This document shows, piece after piece, positions 17,516 through 28,649 of a stretch of 64,000 bases of DNA; position 1 is the stretch's first letter; each line of letters begins with the position of its first letter. The notes under the pieces are model-generated. The model was not told where the DNA came from. It made no database searches and saw only the letters and a list, made by a program, of their open reading frames with translations. Source of the DNA: an uncultured Ignavibacteriales bacterium (GTDB lineage: Bacteria; Bacteroidota; Ignavibacteria; Ignavibacteriales; Ignavibacteriaceae); contig CAVRQC010000006.1 in NCBI GenBank assembly GCA_963723205.1, positions 87,477 through 151,476 of the forward strand, written 5' to 3'. Made by a program: the position numbers and the translations under genes.

Positions 17516-18172
17516 ATGAAGCTTAAAGAAGTAAAGCAGAGTTCCTTAAGGTTTTTAGGAAATTATCTCCTGGCACTGTTTGCATCTATTCTTTGTAAGA
17601 CTTTGAGAATAAATTTTAAAAATCAAAACGTTATTGAAGAGCTGGATAAAAAAAAATCAAATTATGTTCTTGCCTTCTGGCATGGGAGCATGCTTGTCTC
17701 GTGGTATATCCACAGACGCCGGGACTTGGTTGCATTAATTAGTAAAAGTAAAGATGGAGATTTGTTGTCTAATCTGCTTAAATTTTGGGATTATAATGTA
17801 GTAAGAGGTTCAAGTACGGAAGGCGGTGAAATAGCGCTGGGAATCTTAATTGACTATGCTAAAAATAATAAATCGGTTGTTATTACACCCGATGGACCCA
17901 AAGGACCAAGACATAAACTAAAAGCCGGTGCTGTTATCACTGCAAAAAAAGGAGCTATCCCGTTAATTTTGATGGTAGTTGGTTTTAAACATAAAAAATA
18001 TTTAAATAGCTGGGATAAATTTGAAATTCCCAGTCCTTTTTCAGAGACAAATATAATCTATTCAGATCCGATTTATATAGACAAAGATTTAAGTTACGAA
18101 GAAACATCAGAAATAATTAACAAGAGTGAAGAGATTCTGAATAACTTACATAATGTAGCAAATAGATTTTGA
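17516..18172 (+). CDS. DUF374 domain protein (lysophospholipid-acyltransferase-like, lipid A/Kdo-associated)
   Basis: 218 aa with FWHGSML...ALISKSKDGDLLSNLL...VVRGSSTEGG, typical of DUF374. It sits between lpxB and lpxK. Confidence 0.7.
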   Translation: MKLKEVKQSSLRFLGNYLLALFASILCKTLRINFKNQNVIEELDKKKSNYVLAFWHGSMLVSWYIHRRRDLVALISKSKDGDLLSNLLKFWDYNVVRGSSTEGGEIALGILIDYAKNNKSVVITPDGPKGPRHKLKAGAVITAKKGAIPLILMVVGFKHKKYLNSWDKFEIPSPFSETNIIYSDPIYIDKDLSYEETSEIINKSEEILNNLHNVANRF

Positions 18173-18212
18173 CTAATATGGTGTCATGTAAAGATATTAG
18201 GAATCATGAATA

Positions 18213-19256
18213 ATGAAGCTATTACGAATAATTTTATTGCCGCTTGTTCCGGTTTATGCTGTTGTAATTAAGGTTAGAAACAAGTTCTTTGATAAAGATA
18301 TTTTCAAAGCAAAAAAAGTTGATGCAAAAGTAATCTCAGTTGGAAATATTACTATTGGCGGTTCAGGTAAAACGCCATTAGTTATTTATTTAGCGAATTT
18401 GCTTAAAAAGTATAGTAAATCTGTCGGAGTTTTGAGTCGTGGTTACGGAAGGAAATCGAAAGGATATTTATTGGTTTCGGACGGTAAAAAAATTTTTACA
18501 ACTGTTGATTTAAGTGGTGATGAAATATTTCATACTGCTATGGAATGTAACATACCAGCAGCAGTTTCGGAAAGTCGGTTTGAAGGTGCAAAAAAGTTGA
18601 TTAAGGAAACCGGGGTTAATGTTCTGATTCTTGATGATGCATATCAGCACCGCTGGATTAAGAGAGATATCAACATTTTGATATGTGAACAGAGATTTCT
18701 GCAGGAAACAGGTTTGATGAATCAATGCCTTTTACCTTCCGGAAATATGCGGGAACCTCTCAATTCTATAAAACGGGCTGATGCAGTAATCTTAAATAGA
18801 AAATTTTCCGAAAAAAAGGATATACCTTCTAAGCTTAGTAATTATTTTGAAGGTAAAAAAATATTTGACGGTTATTATGCAGCAATTGGTTTTGGAGATA
18901 TTAAAAATCATTCGAAATATGAACTTGAAGAATTCCATGGACAGCAAAGCTTGATTGTTTCAGGTGTTGCTAATCCATTCTCGTTTTTGAATATTTTAAG
19001 ACAGGTTCATATTAATACTGATAATAAATTAATTTTTAAGGATCATAAAGATTATTCATCAAAAGAAGTTCAGTTAATCAGGAAAAAATTTTACTCAACC
19101 AATTCACATTCCGTGATAACAACAGAAAAGGATGCGGTAAAGCTAACAAAATTTTCCAAAGAACTTGATGATATTGATATATTCTTTTTAAAAATAGAAC
19201 TGAAAATTGACAACGAGAAATCTTTTACAGATTTCATTTTAAATAAACTAAACTGA
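18213..19256 (+). CDS. lpxK: tetraacyldisaccharide 4'-kinase
   Basis: 347 aa. N-terminal membrane helix and P-loop VGNITIGGSGKTP. Confidence 0.9.
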   Translation: MKLLRIILLPLVPVYAVVIKVRNKFFDKDIFKAKKVDAKVISVGNITIGGSGKTPLVIYLANLLKKYSKSVGVLSRGYGRKSKGYLLVSDGKKIFTTVDLSGDEIFHTAMECNIPAAVSESRFEGAKKLIKETGVNVLILDDAYQHRWIKRDINILICEQRFLQETGLMNQCLLPSGNMREPLNSIKRADAVILNRKFSEKKDIPSKLSNYFEGKKIFDGYYAAIGFGDIKNHSKYELEEFHGQQSLIVSGVANPFSFLNILRQVHINTDNKLIFKDHKDYSSKEVQLIRKKFYSTNSHSVITTEKDAVKLTKFSKELDDIDIFFLKIELKIDNEKSFTDFILNKLN

Positions 19257-19293
19257 ATAAAATAGGTTAATTAATTCATTTGCTCATATTACT

Positions 19294-19300
19294 AAGGAGG
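19294..19300 (+). promoter_or_regulatory. Shine-Dalgarno sequence of ppdK
   Basis: AAGGAGG lies 9 nt upstream of the ATG at 19310. Confidence 0.6.
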
Positions 19301-19309
19301 AATACTTAA

Positions 19310-22090
19310 ATGGCAAAAGAAAAAAAATATGTTTATTTCTTTGGTGGAAATAAAGCAGAAGGCAAGGCTGAGATGAAAAACTTGCTTGGTGGAAAAGGTG
19401 CGAATCTTGCTGAAATGGTAAATATAGGAATGCCTGTACCTGCAGGTTTTACTATCACAACAGAAGTATGTACTTATTATTATCAGAACAATAATAAATA
19501 CCCTAAAGAGCTGAAAACTCAGGTTTTAAACGCATTAAAAAAAGTTGAAAAACTAATGAATGCTGAATTTGGTGATGCGGAAAACCCATTGCTGGTTTCT
19601 GTTAGAAGCGGTGCAAGAGCATCTATGCCAGGTATGATGGATACTATTTTGAACCTCGGTCTCAACGATAAAACTGTTCAGGGAGTAATTAAAAAAACTA
19701 ACAATCCTCGTTTTGCATATGATTCATACCGAAGGTTTGTTCAAATGTACGGAGATGTTGTTCTCGGTTTAAAACCTGTTGACAAACACGATGAGGACCC
19801 TTTCGAAGTAATTCTCGAAAAGAAAAAACATGATAATGGCTTTAAGCTGGATACTGAATTAACAGCCGAACATTTAAAAGAGCTTGTTGAAGAATTTAAG
19901 GCTGCAATTAAAGAAAAAACAGGCAAGAATTTTCCAACAGATCCTATGGAACAATTATGGGGTGCAGTTGGTGCTGTATTTGGTTCATGGATGAACGATA
20001 GGGCTATTGTTTATAGAAAATTGAATAACATACCTGCTGATTGGGGTACGGCAGTAAACGTTCAATCTATGGTCTTCGGTAATATGGGAGAAGATTCCGG
20101 TACCGGTGTAGCCTTTACAAGAGACCCTGCTTCCGGGCAAAATATATTTTATGGTGAATATCTGTTTAATGCCCAGGGTGAAGATGTCGTTGCAGGTGTC
20201 CGTACACCTCATCCTATTTCTGAATTGAAAAAAGATGATCCTAAAATTTATAAACAACTAGATGATATCCAGAAGAACTTGGAAAAGCATTATAAAGATA
20301 TGATGGATATCGAATTTACTATTCAACAGGGAAGATTGTGGATGCTTCAATGCCGTGTTGGAAAAAGAACCGGGTTTGCTGCTATTAAAATGGCTGTAGA
20401 TATGGTTAAAGAAAAATTAATTGAAAAAGAAGAAGCGATTTCCAGGATTGAACCTAACCAGTTAAATCAGCTCCTTCGTCCTATCTTTGATCTTGATCAA
20501 AAACGTAAAGCAATTGATGAAGGCAGATTACTTGCAAAAGGTCTGAATGCTGGTCCGGGCGCTGCTTCAGGAAGAATAGCCTTAAGTGCACAGGATGCTG
20601 AAAAAATGGCTCAGTCAGGTGATCCTGTTATTCTAGTAAGAATTGAAACTTCTCCCGAAGATATTAAAGGTATGAGTGTTTCAGAAGGAATTCTTACTCA
20701 AAGAGGTGGAATGACTTCTCACGCAGCTCTCGTGGCCCGTCAAATGGGTAAAGTTTGCGTTGCCGGTTGTGGTTCTTTAAAAATAAGTTACAAAGATAGA
20801 AAGGTCTCTGTTGAAGGAAAGAATATTGTATTGAATGAAGGTGATTATCTTTCAATCGATGGAACAACCGGTGAAGTTATTGCAGATAAAATCGAAACGA
20901 AACCTTCAGAGGTAATCCAGGTATTAATAAATAAAACTATGGATCCTAAGGAATCACAAACTTATCAAACATATGAAAGCTTAATGAAATGGGCTGATAA
21001 ATTACGCAAGTTAAATATCAGAACAAATGCTGACCAACCTGATCAAGCTTCTAATGCTGTTGCTTTTGGTGCAGAAGGTATCGGACTTTGCCGTACAGAG
21101 CATATGTTCTTTGGTGGTGACAGAATTATGTCCGTTAGAAAAATGATCCTTTCCGATAATCTTGAAGACAGGAAGAAAGCATTGAACGAACTTCTCCCAC
21201 TGCAGAGGGAAGACTTCTACGGAATATTTAAAGTTATGAAAGGATTACCTACAACTATTAGAACTTTAGATCCTCCATTGCATGAATTCTTACCGCACTC
21301 TGAAAAAGAGCAAAGAGAACTTGCAAAGGCATTGAATATTTCTTTTGAAAAAGTAGTTGAGAAGATTGATAGCCTATCGGAATTTAATCCTATGCTCGGT
21401 TTCAGAGGATGCCGGTTGGGAATTCTTTATCCTGAAATTACTGAGATGCAAGCCAGGGCAATTATGGAAGCCGCTTGTGATGCTGCATTGGAAGGTATTA
21501 AGGTTAAACCAGAAATCATGATTCCGCTCGTCGGTGATTTAAATGAATTCAAAATGCAGGAAGAAATTGTCAGAAGAGTAGCTTCCGAAGTAATAAAAGA
21601 AAAAGGTAAAAAAGTGAATTATATGGTCGGTACAATGATTGAACTTCCACGTGCTGCCGTTACTGCCAATGAAATAGCTAAACGGGCAGAATTCTTTAGT
21701 TTTGGAACTAACGACCTGACTCAAACTACTTTTGGATTATCAAGAGACGATGCTGGTAAGTTTTTACCTCTTTATGTAGAAAATGAAATTCTCCCTAATG
21801 ATCCGTTTGAAGTTCTTGATCAAGATGGTGTCGGTCAATTGGTTAAAATGGGAACCGATAAAGGCCGCTCAACTAGACCTGAATTAAAAGTCGGTATCTG
21901 CGGTGAACATGGTGGGGAACCTTCTTCAGTTGAATTCTGTCACAGAACAGGATTAAATTATGTAAGTTGTTCTCCTTTTAGAGTTCCGATTGCAAGATTA
22001 GCTGCAGCAAGAGCTGTTGTAAAAGAAATATCGAAAAGCAAAAAAACTGTAGCAAAATCAAAAAAGAAACCTTCATCTAAAAAAAGATAA
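19310..22090 (+). CDS. ppdK: pyruvate, phosphate dikinase
   Basis: 926 aa. Phosphohistidine motif [18 protein letters not shown]-utilizer TIM-barrel motifs ([28 protein letters not shown]) and an extra Lys-rich C-terminal tail. Confidence 0.95.
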   Translation: MAKEKKYVYFFGGNKAEGKAEMKNLLGGKGANLAEMVNIGMPVPAGFTITTEVCTYYYQNNNKYPKELKTQVLNALKKVEKLMNAEFGDAENPLLVSVRSGARASMPGMMDTILNLGLNDKTVQGVIKKTNNPRFAYDSYRRFVQMYGDVVLGLKPVDKHDEDPFEVILEKKKHDNGFKLDTELTAEHLKELVEEFKAAIKEKTGKNFPTDPMEQLWGAVGAVFGSWMNDRAIVYRKLNNIPADWGTAVNVQSMVFGNMGEDSGTGVAFTRDPASGQNIFYGEYLFNAQGEDVVAGVRTPHPISELKKDDPKIYKQLDDIQKNLEKHYKDMMDIEFTIQQGRLWMLQCRVGKRTGFAAIKMAVDMVKEKLIEKEEAISRIEPNQLNQLLRPIFDLDQKRKAIDEGRLLAKGLNAGPGAASGRIALSAQDAEKMAQSGDPVILVRIETSPEDIKGMSVSEGILTQRGGMTSHAALVARQMGKVCVAGCGSLKISYKDRKVSVEGKNIVLNEGDYLSIDGTTGEVIADKIETKPSEVIQVLINKTMDPKESQTYQTYESLMKWADKLRKLNIRTNADQPDQASNAVAFGAEGIGLCRTEHMFFGGDRIMSVRKMILSDNLEDRKKALNELLPLQREDFYGIFKVMKGLPTTIRTLDPPLHEFLPHSEKEQRELAKALNISFEKVVEKIDSLSEFNPMLGFRGCRLGILYPEITEMQARAIMEAACDAALEGIKVKPEIMIPLVGDLNEFKMQEEIVRRVASEVIKEKGKKVNYMVGTMIELPRAAVTANEIAKRAEFFSFGTNDLTQTTFGLSRDDAGKFLPLYVENEILPNDPFEVLDQDGVGQLVKMGTDKGRSTRPELKVGICGEHGGEPSSVEFCHRTGLNYVSCSPFRVPIARLAAARAVVKEISKSKKTVAKSKKKPSSKKR

Positions 22091-22190
22091 ATAATTTGAA
22101 TCCCAAATTTCAATTTTCTGAGAGTTGGGAAAATTTTTCTTTTGATTACTTGAAGATAAACAAGTAGTAATTAAACTGTTTTGAGGTGCT

Positions 22191-22230
22191 GTTTTAGAAT
22201 TATTTCGGGCAGCATCTCAATAACAACATT
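22191..22230 (+). other. hairpin between ppdK and queA (function unknown)
   Basis: TTGAGGTGCTG...CAGCATCTCAA forms an 11-bp stem (1 G:U) with an 18-nt loop. No U-tract follows. Confidence 0.3.
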
Positions 22231-22269
22231 TAAAAATATATTTAGTTCACTTAATAAAGGTTAACGATA

Positions 22270-23304
22270 ATGAAATTATCAGATTTCAAATATAATTTAC
22301 CTAAAAATGCTATTGCGAAATATCCTGTTACCCCGCGAGATAAGGCAAAGTTAATGGTGTTAAATAGAGAAACTCAAGAAATAGAAAATAAAAAATTTTC
22401 CAATGTTATTGATTATATGGAAAAAGGGGATACTTTAGTAGTTAATGAAACAAGAGTATTTCAGGCCAGGCTGTTTGGAAAGAAAGAGAAAACAAATGCT
22501 AAGATTGAAGTTTTCCTTCTGAGAGAACTGAATGCAGAAGAATGTATATGGGATGTTATCGTTGATCCTGCAAGAAAAGTAAGAATAGGAAATAAGATTT
22601 ATTTTAATGATAAACTCTGGTGTGAAGTAATTGATAATACAACCTCCCGCGGGAGAACAGTGCGCTTCAACCAACCGGAAAATGTATATAAAGCAGTTGA
22701 AAGGATAGGTCTTACACCCCTTCCCCCTTATATTAAAAGAGAGCCGGAACCTTCTGACAAAGAGGATTACCAAACCATATATGCAAAAGTTGATGGGGCT
22801 GTAGCTGCTCCAACCGCGGGTCTTCATTTTACACCTAAACTTATGGAAAAAATCGAAAAGAAAGGAATTCAAATTGTTCCTATTGTACTTCATATTGGTT
22901 TAGGAACTTTCAGACCTGTTGAAGTTGAAGATTTAACAAAACATAAAATGGATTCGGAATATTACGAGATTAGTGCAAAGTCAGCAGAATGCGTAAATAA
23001 ATCTATTACCTCAAAACGTAACGTATTTGTAGTAGGTACAAGTACTGCACGCACACTTGAAACAAGTGTTACTGCTGATGGTTTAGTTAAACCCGGCCGA
23101 GGATGGACAGATAAATTTATTTATCCCCCTTATGATTTCAAAATTGTTGATAAATTAATTACTAATTTCCATATGCCTGAATCAACTTTACTTATGCTTG
23201 TTAGTGCATTTGCTGATACTGATTTAATTAATAAAGCATACAAAAAAGCATTAAAGGAAAGTTACAGATTTCTGAGCTATGGAGACGCAATGTTAATTAT
23301 TTAA
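22270..23304 (+). CDS. queA: S-adenosylmethionine:tRNA ribosyltransferase-isomerase
   Basis: 344 aa. N-terminal FKYNLPKNAIAKYP...RDKAKLMV, then AAPTAGLHFT, HIGLGTFRPV and C-terminal YRFLSYGDAMLI. Confidence 0.95.
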   Translation: MKLSDFKYNLPKNAIAKYPVTPRDKAKLMVLNRETQEIENKKFSNVIDYMEKGDTLVVNETRVFQARLFGKKEKTNAKIEVFLLRELNAEECIWDVIVDPARKVRIGNKIYFNDKLWCEVIDNTTSRGRTVRFNQPENVYKAVERIGLTPLPPYIKREPEPSDKEDYQTIYAKVDGAVAAPTAGLHFTPKLMEKIEKKGIQIVPIVLHIGLGTFRPVEVEDLTKHKMDSEYYEISAKSAECVNKSITSKRNVFVVGTSTARTLETSVTADGLVKPGRGWTDKFIYPPYDFKIVDKLITNFHMPESTLLMLVSAFADTDLINKAYKKALKESYRFLSYGDAMLII

Positions 23305-23318
23305 GCCAGGATAACAAA

Positions 23319-23999
23319 GTGAAAACATTTGCTATTATACCGGCAGGTGGAAAAGGTTTAAGAAGCAATCATTCGGTTCCCAAGCAATATCTGAAAGTTC
23401 AGGGCAAAGAACTAATTGCTTATACCCTGGAAATATTTCAATCTAATACATACATCAATAGTATTGTTGTTGCTTGTGAACCAGCTTATTTTAACTTGAT
23501 ACAAAGGTTAAAAAAGAAGTATAACTTCTCCAAAATTATAAATGTTGTTGAAGGCGGAAGAGAAAGGCAGCATTCGGTTTTTAATGCACTTTCCTCTCTT
23601 TATGCAGATAAAAATGATCTGGTAGTTGTTCACGATGCAGCACGTCCTCTTCTCCCTTCAAATGTTTTATCAAATGCCGTTAAACAGGCTAAGAAAAAAG
23701 GAAACGCTCTAACCTGCATAAAAGCGCGCGATACCTTGATGAAGGCCGATGAAACTGTTAAAGCTTATTTAAATCGGGATAATGTTTATTATGTACAGAC
23801 ACCTCAAATTTTCCGGTTTGTTGATTTGATGCAGGCAATGCAATCTGCAAGAAAAGCTAAATTTATCGGCACCGACGAATCGATGCTTGTAAAAAAGATA
23901 GGTAAAAATGTAAATATTGTTGAGGGCTCACCATACAATTTCAAAGTTACAACTAAATCCGACCTGGATCTATTTAAAAGTATTGTAAAAAACCGATAA
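23319..23999 (+). CDS. ispD: 2-C-methyl-D-erythritol 4-phosphate cytidylyltransferase
   Basis: 226 aa with a GTG start. IIPAGGKGLR motif, VHDAARP and TPQIF. Confidence 0.9.
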   Translation: MKTFAIIPAGGKGLRSNHSVPKQYLKVQGKELIAYTLEIFQSNTYINSIVVACEPAYFNLIQRLKKKYNFSKIINVVEGGRERQHSVFNALSSLYADKNDLVVVHDAARPLLPSNVLSNAVKQAKKKGNALTCIKARDTLMKADETVKAYLNRDNVYYVQTPQIFRFVDLMQAMQSARKAKFIGTDESMLVKKIGKNVNIVEGSPYNFKVTTKSDLDLFKSIVKNR

Positions 24000-24125
24000 T
24001 AATCTTTACGGCATAGTAAATGTACATAAAAAGTTGAATTATGTTGCAGACCGCAGGATTACTAAATTTTCATTGCTAATTATGATTAATATAACTAGTT
24101 TTCATGTTCTAAAAAAGGATAATGA

Positions 24126-24791
24126 ATGTTTCTTTTAACAACGATTATCGTATTGTCATATTTGGTCGGTTCTATTCCAACCAGCATTATTGTTTCAAAA
24201 CTGGCAAAAGGTATTGATATCAGGGAACATGGAAGCGGTAATGCAGGCGGAACCAATGTTATGCGCGTGTTAGGCTGGAAACATGGTGTGTTTGTTATTT
24301 TATTAGATGCATTAAAAGGTGTTCTTGCGGTTGTTGTTATTGCAAGACTTCATTATGGCAGCATCCCCTTTCAAAACGCCACTCCTTTTGATGATTTTAC
24401 CCTCGTTCAAATTATTGCAGGTATTTCCGCTGTAGTTGGACATATCTGGACTGTTTTTGCCGGTTTTAAAGGCGGTAAAGGTATTGCCACTGCTTTAGGT
24501 ATGCTTCTAATGATCGCTACTATAGATATGCTTGTAGCAATTGGAGTTTTTATTATAGTAGTTTCAATATCAAAATATGTTTCTTTAGGATCTATCCTGG
24601 GAGCTATTGCAGTTCCTGTAACTTTGATCGTAAGGGAAAACATTTTTAATGTTAATATACCAAGCTATAATACTTTGCTTCCTTTTGTAATCGCTTTGGT
24701 TATGCTTGTTATTTTTACACACCGGAAAAATGTTGTGCGTTTAATAAACGGAAACGAAAACAAAGTTAGCTTTTCAAAGAAAAAGAAATAA
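24126..24791 (+). CDS. plsY: glycerol-3-phosphate acyltransferase (acyl-phosphate dependent)
   Basis: 221 aa membrane protein with GSGNAGGTNV and FKGGKGIAT motifs. Confidence 0.92.
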   Translation: MFLLTTIIVLSYLVGSIPTSIIVSKLAKGIDIREHGSGNAGGTNVMRVLGWKHGVFVILLDALKGVLAVVVIARLHYGSIPFQNATPFDDFTLVQIIAGISAVVGHIWTVFAGFKGGKGIATALGMLLMIATIDMLVAIGVFIIVVSISKYVSLGSILGAIAVPVTLIVRENIFNVNIPSYNTLLPFVIALVMLVIFTHRKNVVRLINGNENKVSFSKKKK

Positions 24792-24873
24792 TTCAAGATA
24801 GCATTTCAATATTAGAACGAATTATACGGTTCTTCACCTTAATTTATTTCCGATTCAAAAAGAATATTTAATT

Positions 24874-24900
24874 TAGAGATGCATAGTGAATGTATCTCTA
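24874..24900 (+). terminator. weak terminator-like hairpin downstream of plsY
   Basis: TAGAGATGCAT-agtga-ATGTATCTCTA forms 11 bp (1 G:U). It is followed by TTAAAAAATG, so the U-tract is poor. Confidence 0.3.
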
Positions 24901-25058
24901 TTAAAAAATGTATTTATTATTTAAAATGCAACGAGTTACTTGCCTATTAAGTCATCTTGATTTAAAAACTTTATAGTTATATTAACACACTAAATATTAT
25001 TTTGTTGAATGTGAAATAGATAATACGTAGTATTTTATAATTTTAATTTTTAAGTAAA

Positions 25059-26054
25059 ATGAAAATCTCTGTTTTAGGTGCAGGAGGCTGGGGAACTACT
25101 CTGGCAATTTTGCTTCATTACAATGGGCATATAGTAACATTAAGAGAATACGATAAACACTATGTCAAAGCCCTCAACAAAGCCAGGCTCAATGAAAAAT
25201 TTCTCCCCGGTATAAAAATACCTGAAGAAATAAAAATTATTCATGATCTTGAAGAAGCAACTACAAATAAGAATTTAATTGTACTTGCTGTCCCATCTCA
25301 ATTTTTGCGGGGAGTTATTAAAGAGGTAAATTTTATAAATATAAAAGATTCTATTCTCGTTAGTGTGGCAAAAGGTATTGAAAATAATTCTTTGATGACT
25401 ATGTCTCAAATGATTAAAGATGTTTTCCCGCAAATAAATTCTGATCAAATCGGTGCTTTATCGGGACCAAGCCACGCTGAAGAAGTGAGCCGGAGAATCC
25501 CAACGGCCGTTGTAGCCGCTTCTCAAAGTATTGAAACATCAAAATCAATTCAGGCTGCTTTTATAACTTCATACTTTCGGGTTTACGGCTCAACTGATGT
25601 CTGCGGTGTCGAATTAGGCGGAGCATTTAAAAATATTATTGCAATTGGTGCCGGAATTGTTGATGGTGCAAAATTCGGCGATAACACTAAAGCAGCAATC
25701 ATGACCAGAGGTATTGCCGAAATTTCAAGATTGGGGGTAGCAATGGGAGCATCACCTGAAACTTTCGCCGGCTTATCAGGAATGGGTGATTTAATAGTAA
25801 CCTGTATGAGCAGACATAGCCGGAACAGGTATGTCGGCGAACAAATAGGCGCAGGCAAAAAATTAAAACAGGTTCTGAAATCAATGCAAATGATTGCAGA
25901 AGGAGTTGAAACCAGCCGATCAGCCACAAAACTTTCCAAGAAAAATGGAATTGAAACTCCTATTACCGATGAAGTTTATAAAATTCTTTTTGAAGATAAA
26001 GACCCGGTTAAAGCAACAACCGACCTAATGACACGTGATATGAAAATGGAATAA
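25059..26054 (+). CDS. gpsA: NAD(P)H-dependent glycerol-3-phosphate dehydrogenase
   Basis: 331 aa. Rossmann motif VLGAGGWGTTLA plus GVELGGAFKNIIAIGAG. Confidence 0.93.
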   Translation: MKISVLGAGGWGTTLAILLHYNGHIVTLREYDKHYVKALNKARLNEKFLPGIKIPEEIKIIHDLEEATTNKNLIVLAVPSQFLRGVIKEVNFINIKDSILVSVAKGIENNSLMTMSQMIKDVFPQINSDQIGALSGPSHAEEVSRRIPTAVVAASQSIETSKSIQAAFITSYFRVYGSTDVCGVELGGAFKNIIAIGAGIVDGAKFGDNTKAAIMTRGIAEISRLGVAMGASPETFAGLSGMGDLIVTCMSRHSRNRYVGEQIGAGKKLKQVLKSMQMIAEGVETSRSATKLSKKNGIETPITDEVYKILFEDKDPVKATTDLMTRDMKME

Positions 26055-26210
26055 AGCATTTCGTTTTCCGTAATTATCAATTTCGTTCTCTGTAATTCTT
26101 TGTCACTGTACCCTTCAATCATTTGATTAATAGCCGGACAAAGGTTCCTTAACGCCTACACTGCTTTTTAATTGTTGAAATTTCAAAGATGTTAATTTAT
26201 TTTATCATTA

Positions 26211-28439
26211 ATGATTTCAACAAAAGAAAATATCCTCGAACAATCAGTACAATATTTAAAATCGGTAGGCCCTAAACGGGCAGAAGCTTTTAAAAAAATC
26301 GGGATAGAAACTATTCACGATATTCTTTTCTTTTTTCCTTCCAAACACCTTGACAGAACAACAACGATAACATCATCAAAAGCATACAGCTATTTAATGG
26401 CTGGCTATGACGGAGAATTAACTATTATTGCTAAAGTCGCTGATAAAGAAATTAGAAGATTCGGCAAACGGGAAATTATGAAAGTTCAGTTAAGAGATCC
26501 TTCAGGATTTTTTGAGTGTACATGGTTTCAAGGTGCAAAATATTTTTATTCTGTTTTTAATGAAGGAGATTTTTTCGCTGTCTCAGGTAAACCGGAAATT
26601 TCAAAATACGGCAATCTTCAATTTATACATCCAGATTTTGACCGGATATCGGAAGATGAATCTCAAAATCTTTTAAATACAGGAAAAATAATTCCTTTCT
26701 ACAGGATCCCTAAAGAATTAAAAGAAAAAAATATTGGCGATTTCAGTTTAAGAAAAATTATCAGCAATGCAGTTGAAAATTATGCTGACTTGCTTGAGGA
26801 AACATTAACACAGGAAATAATTGCAGAACACAATTTATTAAATATAAAAGAAGCGGTAAAAAATTTTCATTATCCCGAAACCAAGGAAAAATTATCTACA
26901 GCTTTAAAAAGATTTAAATTTGAAGAACTATTTTATCTTGAAACGCTTGTTGCTTTAAGGAAATCAAATTATAAGACAAAACTTTCAGGGCATTCTTTGA
27001 AAATTAGATCCAAATTGATCCCGTTTTTTCTGCAAACACTTCCATTCAACCTTACAAAAGCACAGCTAAAAGTTTTAAGTGAAATTAAAAAAGACATGGA
27101 ATCTCCATTCCCAATGAACAGGCTTCTGCAGGGAGATGTTGGAAGTGGAAAAACAATTGTTGCTCTAATTGCTATGCTTATTGCAGTTGATAATGATTTT
27201 CAAGCTGCTTTAATGGCGCCTACAGAAATTTTAGCAGACCAGCATGCAAAAAACATTGTAAAATTACTCAAACCTTTAAAACGTACTTCAAATAATTCTG
27301 AAAATAAAAATCAAATAAAAGTAAGCTTGCTTTTAGGAGGACAAACCAAATCGGCGAAAGAAAAGTTAAGGATTAGTAATGAGCTGCAGGAAGCAGATAT
27401 AGTGGTAGGTACTCATGCTTTGTTTGAGGAAGATGTAAAATTTAGAAACCTTGGACTTGTTATAGTTGATGAACAACATAGATTTGGTGTTGCGCAAAGA
27501 GCCAAACTTCAAAGTAAAGCTGAAACACCGGATGTAATCGTTATGAGTGCTACTCCTATTCCAAGAACATTATCCATGACTGTTTATGGTGATTTGGATG
27601 TTTCTACTATTGATGAAATGCCGAAAAACAGGAAAGCAGTAAAAACTATTTTAAGGGATGAAAGTAAGTTGCCTGAAATCTATAAGTTCATTCTGGATAA
27701 ACATAAAGCAGGATATCAATCCTTTATTGTTTATCCTCTTGTAGAAGAATCGGATAAAATTGAATTAAAAGCTGCCGAGACTTACTATAACAAGCTAAAG
27801 GAAACTTATTTAAACAAATTAAAGATCGGTTTAGTTCACGGTAAAATGAATTGGCAGAAAAAAGAAGAAGCAATGCAGTTGTTCCTTGCAAAAGAATTTG
27901 ATGTACTAATTGCTACTACTGTTATTGAAGTAGGTATAGATATTCCCGACGCAAATATAATTTTAATAAATGACGCACACCGTTTTGGTCTTTCACAGCT
28001 TCACCAGCTAAGGGGAAGAATAGGTAGGGGAAATAAACAAGCTTACTGTATTCTTGTAACAAAAAAAGAATTTGTCTCCGAAGGAAAGTTACCCTTAAAT
28101 GATCTTGATGTTAATTATATGTCCTCTTCACAAATAGAAAAATATAAGACTTCGATAAGACTGCAATCCATGGTTAATTATAAAGATGGATTTCAAATTG
28201 CAGACATTGATTTGAAGCTCAGAGGCCCTGGTGATATTTTCAGTACTAAACAAAGTGGTTTCCCTGATTTAAAATATGCAGACATAGTCAATGATATAAA
28301 TTTATTAATGAAAGCGAAACTATCTGCATTTAAATTAATAGATAATGATCCTCATATAAATTCAGAACAAAATAAAATCATTCGACAAAATTTAATTAAG
28401 AATTATTCACACCATCTTAGTTATGCCAGGATAGCTTAA
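26211..28439 (+). CDS. recG: ATP-dependent DNA helicase RecG
   Basis: 742 aa. N-terminal wedge/OB region, Walker A GDVGSGKT, DEQH box (VDEQHRFGV), SATPIPRTL and QLHQLRGRIGRG. Confidence 0.93.
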   Translation: MISTKENILEQSVQYLKSVGPKRAEAFKKIGIETIHDILFFFPSKHLDRTTTITSSKAYSYLMAGYDGELTIIAKVADKEIRRFGKREIMKVQLRDPSGFFECTWFQGAKYFYSVFNEGDFFAVSGKPEISKYGNLQFIHPDFDRISEDESQNLLNTGKIIPFYRIPKELKEKNIGDFSLRKIISNAVENYADLLEETLTQEIIAEHNLLNIKEAVKNFHYPETKEKLSTALKRFKFEELFYLETLVALRKSNYKTKLSGHSLKIRSKLIPFFLQTLPFNLTKAQLKVLSEIKKDMESPFPMNRLLQGDVGSGKTIVALIAMLIAVDNDFQAALMAPTEILADQHAKNIVKLLKPLKRTSNNSENKNQIKVSLLLGGQTKSAKEKLRISNELQEADIVVGTHALFEEDVKFRNLGLVIVDEQHRFGVAQRAKLQSKAETPDVIVMSATPIPRTLSMTVYGDLDVSTIDEMPKNRKAVKTILRDESKLPEIYKFILDKHKAGYQSFIVYPLVEESDKIELKAAETYYNKLKETYLNKLKIGLVHGKMNWQKKEEAMQLFLAKEFDVLIATTVIEVGIDIPDANIILINDAHRFGLSQLHQLRGRIGRGNKQAYCILVTKKEFVSEGKLPLNDLDVNYMSSSQIEKYKTSIRLQSMVNYKDGFQIADIDLKLRGPGDIFSTKQSGFPDLKYADIVNDINLLMKAKLSAFKLIDNDPHINSEQNKIIRQNLIKNYSHHLSYARIA

Positions 28440-28578
28440 AGATTTAATTATCGAGAAAAAATTAATTCAATTAAAAAATTTCCCCCGTCTTTGATATAAA
28501 AAATTAATGATACCAGACACAAAAATAATTTTTAAAAAAATTTTTAAATTTTTTTTTTATTTTAAAGCAAAAAAATTA

Positions 28579-28606
28579 TTGACTTAAAAATATTATTAGT
28601 TATATT
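28579..28606 (+). promoter_or_regulatory. sigma70-like promoter candidate for the ATP-grasp/GNAT/KamA operon
   Basis: TTGACT (28579-28584), a 16-nt spacer, then TATATT (28601-28606), inside a 210-nt extremely AT-rich intergenic region with long A/T homopolymers. Such matches arise easily by chance in AT-rich DNA. Confidence 0.3.
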
Positions 28607-28649
28607 TGCTAACAAAAAAAAATTTAAAGGAAAAAAAATTTTATCTTCC

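Noticed and set aside
22015-22090. Lys-rich C-terminal tail on PpdK ([22 protein letters not shown]), with similar low-complexity tails on KamA (32290-32433) and in the FtsK linker
   Set aside because: Low-complexity K/N/E-rich extensions are common by-products of AAA/AAT-biased codon usage in low-GC genomes. Nothing in the sequence suggests a specific function.
22435-22893. 152-aa minus-strand ORF inside queA. Similar shadow ORFs occur inside gpsA (25583-25939, 25699-25929), the WcaJ-like gene (41755-42120), the M13 peptidase (57519-58036) and the glycan genes (34404-34712, 35268-35573, 38114-38470).
   Set aside because: Each is completely embedded in a strongly supported gene on the opposite strand, with low-complexity composition and no recognisable domains.
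28440-28649. Very AT-rich tract with long A and T homopolymers, considered as a repeat array, CRISPR leader or replication-related element
   Set aside because: There are no direct repeats of CRISPR size, no DnaA-box-like clusters that I could see, and no adjacent cas or rep genes. It is best explained as a curved, AT-rich promoter region for the downstream operon.
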